Notes under the pieces: generated by a model
Told to the model about the DNA's origin: nothing
The model's database searches: none
What the model saw: the letters and a program-made list of their open reading frames with translations, nothing else
Translations under genes and position numbers: made by a program
In this document: one piece after another, positions 35,103 through 42,252 of the stretch
Position numbering within the stretch: the stretch's first letter is position 1
Layout of the letters: every line of letters starts with the position of its first letter
From: Parvularia atlantis
Lineage: Eukaryota
DNA: 42,252 bases
Reading direction: 5' to 3'
Assembly (NCBI GenBank): GCA_943704415.1
Contig: CALSCO010000936.1
Coordinates: 1 to 42,252, forward strand

Positions 35103-37504
35103 ATGACGTCAGCAGCATCCGCGTGGTCACGTGCGCAGTGTGCGCTGCTCGTCGCCGCGGCCGATGCGCCGCCTGCGCGGCTCGCGGGCGTCGCCGTGGC
35201 GCCCACGCGGCTCGTGGTGCTGCCCGGGACGGCGCTGCGCGTCCCCATGCGGCCGGCGGAAGGTGCGCGCGCTACACTGCTGCGATACAGCTGATCAGCA
35301 TCGCGCAGAGATCGCGCGCGTCGCGGCGATGCTGCCGGGCGGCGTCGACGTCGTCGGCGTGTCGTGCGGGCTCGAAGGAGGCGCGGCGGAGACGATGGGC
35401 AAGGCGCTTGACGCGCTCGGCACGTGGGCTGCGCCGCTCGGCCTCGGCGTCGTCGCGGTCGGCGTCGTCGAGGGCGACAACGTGCGCGTGCGCGTGCGCA
35501 GACGAAGCGTGGACGTCGACGTGGCCGCGTTCACACCCGACGACGTCTTTGCGAGCGCGTCGCACGTGCTGCTGCGGCTGCGCGCCGAGCTTCAGGCGAC
35601 GTGGGACGCGGCCGGTGGCACCGCCGAAGTGGGTGCGCGCCGTCTGCCGCTGCCGCGGCCTCTCTGAGCGGCCGCAACGGCGCCAGAGCGCGTCATCGAG
35701 TCGCTCGAGCGAGCGATCCGACGCGGCACCGTGCTCGTGCACGACATCACCATCTTCAGCTCCACGAGCGGCGACACGACCACCGTCGAGGCGCTGCGCA
35801 ACGGCACCGCGGTCGTGCAGCCAGATCGCGAGAGCAGGTCGGGCCAGCGCGGCAAGAAGGCGGCGCCACCCCAGGCACCGCCTGCGCCGGCCAAGGTGGG
35901 CGTGTCGCCGGGCGTGTTTGTCGAGTGCCAGCTGATGGCGTTTGAGGACGTCGGCGCTGCGTCGCTCGAGTCGCTGCAGCTGGTGTGCACCCATGCGTGC
36001 CGGCTGTACAGCGCACGTTCACTCACGTAATGCACGCGCACAGAACGTTGCGCCGGTGCGGTTCACCGACCGGTGCACCAGCGTGGTGCTGCTGGACGTG
36101 GTCGCCGCGTGCGAGCCGTCGATGTCACGTGCGTGTCGGCCGCTTGCTGTGCGTGCCGCGTGCTCACTTGTTCTCATCGCGCACCGCAGTGGAAGCGTGC
36201 GCCGAGCGGCTCGTGCAAGCGGCCGCACGCCAGCTGCGCCACGTCGTGCCCGAGACGATGAAGGCGAGCCTGCCGCTTGTGCCGCACCACTTTCGGTGCA
36301 CGGTGCGCGGCGGCTGCGTCGTCGTGTGCTGACGCAGCGCAGACCGCTCGGTGTGTGGCCCTTCTCGGTCACGGCGTACTACCCGATCGACGCCGCGCAC
36401 GCGGACGACGTCAACGAGCTGTACCTCGGTGCGCCTGATCGCCCGTTCGTTCAGCGTGATCTCACGTGGCTGCGCGCAGAGGGGCGCCGGCGTGAGCTGC
36501 ACCAGCGGCTGCTCCTGCCCGAGACCCGCCCGCTCTTCCGCACGACGCAGGCACTCGGCGCCGTCGGGCGTGCGCGGCCTGAGCGTGCCACCGCCCGCCT
36601 GCGCGACGTGCACCTCAGCGTGCCGCCTGCCGACCGTGCGCCGCCTGCTATCGGCGTACGCTGCGCCATCTCACACGTTTGCGTGCGTGCAGTATCCGGT
36701 GGGCGCGCGTACGTGGTCGAGGGCTCATACGAGTACTACCACTACATGCAGGACAACTTTAACGACAGCGTACGTCGTCTGAGCGTGCGCGACAAAGCCG
36801 GCTCACGCACAAGCGCGCGCGACCGCAGGGCTGGGGCTGCTCGTACCGCAGCTTCCAGACGCTGTGCTCGTGGGTCCTGCACGAGAACTTTGGCACCCGC
36901 GCCGTGCCGTCGCACACTGAGATCCAGCAGGCGCTCGTGGACCTGGGTGACAAGGACAAGTCGTTCGTGGGCTCGCGACAGTGGATCGGCTCGTTCGAGA
37001 TCGCGCTACTGATGGACCATTTCTACAAGGTGTGCTGCGGCGCTCGCACGCGTCCCGTGCTGATGCGCATCGCCGCGCAGATGCCGTGCAAGATCATGCA
37101 CCTGGGCTCGGGCAGCGAGTTTCCGGCCAAGGCGCGCGAGCTCGCGCTGCACTTCGAGACCGAGGGCAGTCCCGTCATGATCGGTGCGGTGCGCACAGGG
37201 CGCGCAATAAGCGCTGACAGGCGGCCGCAGGTGGAGGCGTGCTCGCGTACACGCTGCTCGGCGTGCACTGGGACGAGGCCACGGGCGACGCGCGCTTTCT
37301 CATCCTTGACCCGCACTACACCGGGCGCGAGGATCTCGACGTCGTCCTCGCCAAGGGCTGGTGCGGCTGGAAGGCACGGCGCACGCCCTTGCCTGCACCC
37401 GCAAGGTCGCAACTGACACGCGCGCTCGCACGCAGAAACCGAACCTGTTCCTCGCCAACGCGTTCTACAACCTGTGCCTGCCGCAACGGCCCAAGGCGAT
37501 CTGA
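35103..37504 (+). CDS. UFSP2: UFM1-specific peptidase 2 (peptidase C78) with long N-terminal extension
   Basis: [24 protein letters not shown]...[11 protein letters not shown] (catalytic Cys), [41 protein letters not shown]. The start codon is less certain. Confidence 0.92.
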
Positions 37505-37700
37505 GGCTGAGGCCAGTAAGCACGTGAGCAAGCATGCTGGTGATTCACTTGTTGGCGCCTTCTTCTTCGTTGGAAACTGCGCCCACATCATCGGCGACTA
37601 CACAGCACACTGAGTTAAGGCACCGGGCCGCTTGCGCTGAAACACAACATGGCAGCAGTGGCGCGTCACTTTTGTGCTCAGTTCCACGTGGCGCGCGGCG

Positions 37701-40700
37701 ATGCGGCGCGGCGCGGCGTTCGCGGTCAAGCGCGCGGCCCCGGCGGCGGCGCGGCCGTCGGCGGCGGCATCGTCGAGCGCGGCGACGAGTGGCGTGGCGG
37801 GCGTGCGCCGGGTCGTGCGCGAGCACTACCTGCGCGACGACGTGGCGTGCGGATGCGATGTGCGTCGTCCCGCGCGCGCGATTGATCAGCACGCCTCACG
37901 GCTCACGGCGGGCGCGCACGCGCACCAGACGTGCGAGACCTGCGATCGCGAGACGACGCGCCCCGTCATCATCGCGGCCGAGGCGCTCGTCAGCCCGCTA
38001 TATGACACGCGACACGTCGTGCTGCCGACGGCCGACGTCGTGCTGCGGCAGGTGCGCGCTGTCGTCGACCGGGCGTGTGGCTGAGGGTGCTGCGCAGATC
38101 GATCTGCTCGAGCACGTGTTCTTCCACGACGTGGTCGTCCTCGAGACCGTGCTGGACGACGTCAAACTGCGCGCTTCCGACGTGTACGAGCGCGTCCGCG
38201 CCCTCGTCGGCAACCCGACGCGGCGCTTCTTCGTGTTCCTGAACGAGCACAGCAGGCGCGTGATGGGCACCGTGCCTGCAGCGGTGTGACCGTGCTCTGC
38301 GCGTGTGCTCAGTGAGACGTTTGCCGAGCGTGGCAAGGACGAGGCGGCCGAGGCAAGAGCACGGCGCGGTGCGCGATGAGCGTTCGCCGTTCGACCAGAG
38401 CTCATGCCACACGTGTGCGCTGCGCAGCCGTGCACAAGGCCGCGCAGTGGTACCACGAGCACCTGGCCGCGTGCTCGCTTGAGGCCGTGCTGCTGACGGC
38501 GGACGAGGCCGCGTGCGAGGCGGCGCGTGAGGCTGGGTGTGCGGCCGCAACAGGTGCGCGCGGGCCGAGCGGGCAGTGTGGGCGCAGCTGACACGCAAGC
38601 TGCGCGCCAGTCGCCGCGTACGTTGACGCGATCACAAACCTGCCCGAGCTGCGCGACGTGCTGGCGCGGGCAAGCGACGACTTTGCGGGGGACGCGCAAG
38701 GCAACTACGCCGAGGTGCGGCCAGCTTGGGCGTGCCCATCTTCATGCCGACACTGCGGCCGCAGCACATCGACCAGGACAAGATCGAGCTTGGTCTGAAG
38801 ACGAAAGAGTACGAGAAGGGCTCGTTCAGCATCTCGCCGTATGACCGCAACGAAGGCACGCGCAGCGCAAGGCGCCCACGCTTGACTGATGGTGCGTGTG
38901 CTCGGCAGCGCTTGTGTGGGTGCAGGGTGTGGACATGCGCGTGATCATCGAGGGCGAAGATGTGCGCTTCGGCCGCGCGGCGACACAGCGCACGCTGACA
39001 GGAGCGCAGAACATGAACCGCGCCGTGCACGAGGACCAGGTCGTGATCGAGATCCTGCCGCGCGAGCAGTGGCAGCACCCGTCGGCCAAGGCAGACGGTG
39101 CGCGTGCCCGCCTTTGCTCTGTCAGCTGACGCACCGCTCGCGCAGCCAAGGGCGACAAGAACGCGGGCAGCATCGCGCTGACGATCAACGAACCGATCAT
39201 GAACGACCAGGTCAGCCAGCCGACGGGGCGCGTCGTGGCCGTGCTCAAGCGCAAGTGGCGGCCGTACTGTGGCTCGCTCGCGGCCGACGCTGAGCCGCGC
39301 GGTACGAGCGCCACCGCACAAGCACGATGCGCGTGCTGACCTGCGCGCACAGAGGACGGCAGCGTGCTGTTTGTGCCGGTCGACCGGCGCATCCCGCGCG
39401 TGTGGATCCGGACACGGCAGGCGGTGCGACCGCAGAGGGCCTCAGCCGCGGCCGCGCTTATGCGGCGGCACACAGGAGGCATTGCGAGGGAAGCGCATTG
39501 TTGCGTGCATCGACGCGTGGCCCATGACGAGCCGACAGCCGTGTGGGCACTTTGTGCGCACGATCGGTGACATCGGCGACAAGTTCACCGAGTCGGAGGT
39601 GCGGCTCAGCGCTGAGCCCCTGCGCGTGCTGAGCTGCGGCTCGCGCAGGTCATCATGATTGAGCACGACATTCCGCACGAGGAGTTTTCGCACGCGGTGC
39701 TCGCGTGCCTACCATCGCAGGGCGACAAGTGGACGGTCTGCAAGCACGGCGGGAACGACGAGGTACGCGCCGCACCGCCCGTTGTGCCTGCCCTGACGTC
39801 TGCGCGGCAGAGGCGACGCGACCTGCGGCACCTCGTCGTGTGCTCGGTGGACCCGCCCGGGTGCACGGACATCGACGACGCGCTGCACGTGCGCCCGCTC
39901 GAGAACGGCAACTATGAGGTGCAGGCGCGACAGTCTACTCGTGCATGGCTGACGCGCGCTGGCGCTCAGGTGGGCGTGCACATCGCCGATGTAACGTACT
40001 TTGTGCGCCCAGGCACGGCGATGGACCAGGAGGCGGCGCGGCGTGGCACGACGGTCTATCTTGTCGACAAGCGGATCGACATGCTGCCAATGCTGCTGGG
40101 CACGAGTGCGTCTGGCGTACACGGCGCGTACACACGCATGCTCACAAGCGACGCAGACCTGTGCTCGCTGCGCTGCGACGTCGACCGCTTCGCGTTCTCG
40201 TGCCTATGGGAGATGACGCCCGAGGGCGAGGTCGTGTCGGTGGACTTTTGCAAGAGCACCATCAACTCGCGCGCGTCGCTGCAGTATGACGACGCACAGC
40301 GCATGATCGATGACCCGTTGCGTGGCCGTTCGCGTGCACTGCTGCTCGCTCCATCTGACGCGCGGTGGCGCAGTGACGCCTCGGACGACCTGGCTGTCTC
40401 GATTAAGACGCTCAACAAGCTCGCACGCAAGCTCAACGCGCAGCGGCGCTGCAAGGGCGCGCTCGCGCTGGCCTCGCCCGAGGTCAAGGTCGCCCTCGAG
40501 CGCGACTCGCAGAACCCGGTCGACGTCGAAATGAAGGAGATGAAGGAGGCCAACTCGATGGTGGAGGAGTTTATGCTGCTCGCCAACATCAGCGTCGCCG
40601 CGAAGATCTATGAGGTCTTCCAGCAGTGCTCGCTGCTGCGGTGCGCGCTGCTTGCAGACGGCATGTCTGCGATGCTCATGCGAGCGCAGCCGCCACGCAC

Positions 40701-41882
40701 AGCCGGCCGCGTCGCGCTTCGACTATCTCATCGCCTCGGCACAGTCGCAGGGCCTGACGATCGACCCGACCAACTCGAAGACGCTCGCCGAGTCGCTCGA
40801 CAAGGCGCTGGTGCGGCGCCGTTGCGGCTTTTCGCACCGTAGCTGACGCAGCAAGCACAGGTCGCAGACAAGCCGTACCTGAACAGGCTCATCCGCATCC
40901 TCACGACGCGGTGCATGACACAGGCGCAGTACATCTGCTCGGGCAAGTTTTCGACCGACCAGGTGGCGCTGCGGGTCCTGTGTGCGCGCCGCAGCTGATG
41001 CAGCGCGCAGTTCTACCACTACGGCCTGGCCGCGAGCATCTACACGCACTTTACGAGCCCGATCCGCCGCTACGCCGACGTTGTCGTGCACCGGCTGCTC
41101 GCCGCGGCCGTGGACGCCGACACGACCTTCCCCGAGATGCTCGACAAGGTGCGCGCGCACGTGCACGCGAGCGGACATTTGCTGACTTGGCCGCCTGCAG
41201 GACGTGATCCACCGCGTGTGCCGCAACCTCAACAAGCGGCACAAGCTCGCGCAGTACAGCGGGCGCGCGTCGGTGCAGCTGTACACGGTGCTGTACTTCC
41301 GCGACCGCAGCGTCGTCGAGGAGGCGCACATCATCCGCGTGCTGCAGAATGGCCTCGTCGTGCTTGTGCCGCAGTGCGTGGACGCCGCTTGCTTCTGCTG
41401 CTGCTGACGCACTGCGCGCAGGTACGGCATCGAGGGCGTGGTGACGATCGTGCCGTCGGACGAGCCCAACGTGACCACGTTCGAGTACGACGCGGTCACG
41501 AACCAGCTTCGGTCCAAGGTGTGTGCGCTTGCTGTCAGTGCGCGTGGTGGCTCACGACAAGCAGAGCCTGCGTGTGACGTTCCGCCTGTTTGACCGCGTG
41601 CGCGTGCTCGTGCGCACCGACGAGAGCGATCCGCTCCAGGTGCGCCGCTTGCCTGTGCACTGCCCTGCACTGCGCTTCGCTCACCGCAACACCCGCAGCT
41701 GCGCATCGAGCTCTGCCTCGTGCACCCGCACGTCCCAGGCGTCTCGGTTAACGCGCCGGCCTCGAGCGAGCGCGCGGCCGGCAAGCGCGCGGCCATCGCC
41801 AACTACGACGCCGGTGCCGACGACGCCCCGCCGCCGCTCAAGAAGCCCAAGAAGAAGAAGAAAACGCGCGACGTGGAGTGAG
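37701..41882 (+). CDS. DIS3: Exosome nuclease DIS3/Rrp44 (CR3-PIN-CSD-RNB-S1), 23 introns by manual parse
   Basis: [86 protein letters not shown]-terminal KKPKKKKK. Confidence 0.96.
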
Positions 41883-42204
41883 TGCCCAGTGCTCTTTTGG
41901 CATTGTGGCGAGGGGAGGGGATGCGCGCGCAAAAGCGGATGCGTATTAAAGACGAAAGGCTATCGCAGTCGCAGCGAGAAAAGCAATCACGGGTGCCGCA
42001 CGGCTGTTCACTCGTCGTGAATCTGACCCCGCATGTGTCCCGCCAAAGCCTGTGACGCAAAGTCATAATCAGCTGCAGAAAGCTGCAGGGCCATGCACGT
42101 ACGTCGCAGTAAGCTACGGCTTTGTGCGGCACCCACCCACCCTCCCTCTCGTTTCTGACCTCCTCTCTTGATTGGAACTCGCTTTGTGTAAGCGACGAAG
42201 CATG

Positions 42205-42207
<3 letters not shown>

Positions 42208-42248
<41 letters not shown>

Positions 42249-42252
42249 TCTC
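42208..42252. repeat. (TC)n microsatellite at contig end
   Basis: TC dinucleotide run; probable assembly break. Confidence 0.95.

Noticed and set aside
38954..39000. Additional GC-AG intron in DIS3
   Set aside because: A GT-AG alternative (38962-39009) with a consensus GTGCGC donor gives an equally colinear protein.
135..41882. Stop-codon reassignment or U12-type introns
   Set aside because: In-frame stops in the conserved genes I parsed fall inside GT/GC-AG introns. TAA, TAG and TGA are all used as terminators, and I saw no RTATCCT donor.

Overview
A very GC-rich, very compact eukaryotic nuclear contig that ends in microsatellites at both sides: (GT)n on the left and (TC)n on the right. 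About 15 intron-dense genes can be reconstructed by hand: a 3'-truncated DENN-domain protein, an FYRN/FYRC protein, USE1, a SEC14/GOLD protein, METTL16, VPS13, cysteinyl-tRNA synthetase, Ohr, an MFS sugar transporter, MSS51, a DPF/FGxF-motif adaptor, PRP38B, UFSP2 and DIS3/Rrp44. Introns are mostly 45-70 nt, with a GTGCG donor consensus, a GCTGAC/GCTCAC branch motif and frequent GC-AG boundaries. This style suggests a unicellular protist, possibly an opisthokont; that is inference only. There is no prokaryotic-type system, CRISPR array or intact mobile element. The most interesting signals are: (1) a tandem-donor stop switch in an unusually long PRP38B intron; (2) a +4C donor consensus in a genome that keeps METTL16; (3) an apparent recursive AG|GT site created by exon duplication; (4) a DIS3 with a degenerate PIN endonuclease site but a C-terminal NLS; (5) three frameshift-riddled orphan coding relics in intergenic gaps. 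All exon models were read by eye and need RNA-seq confirmation.
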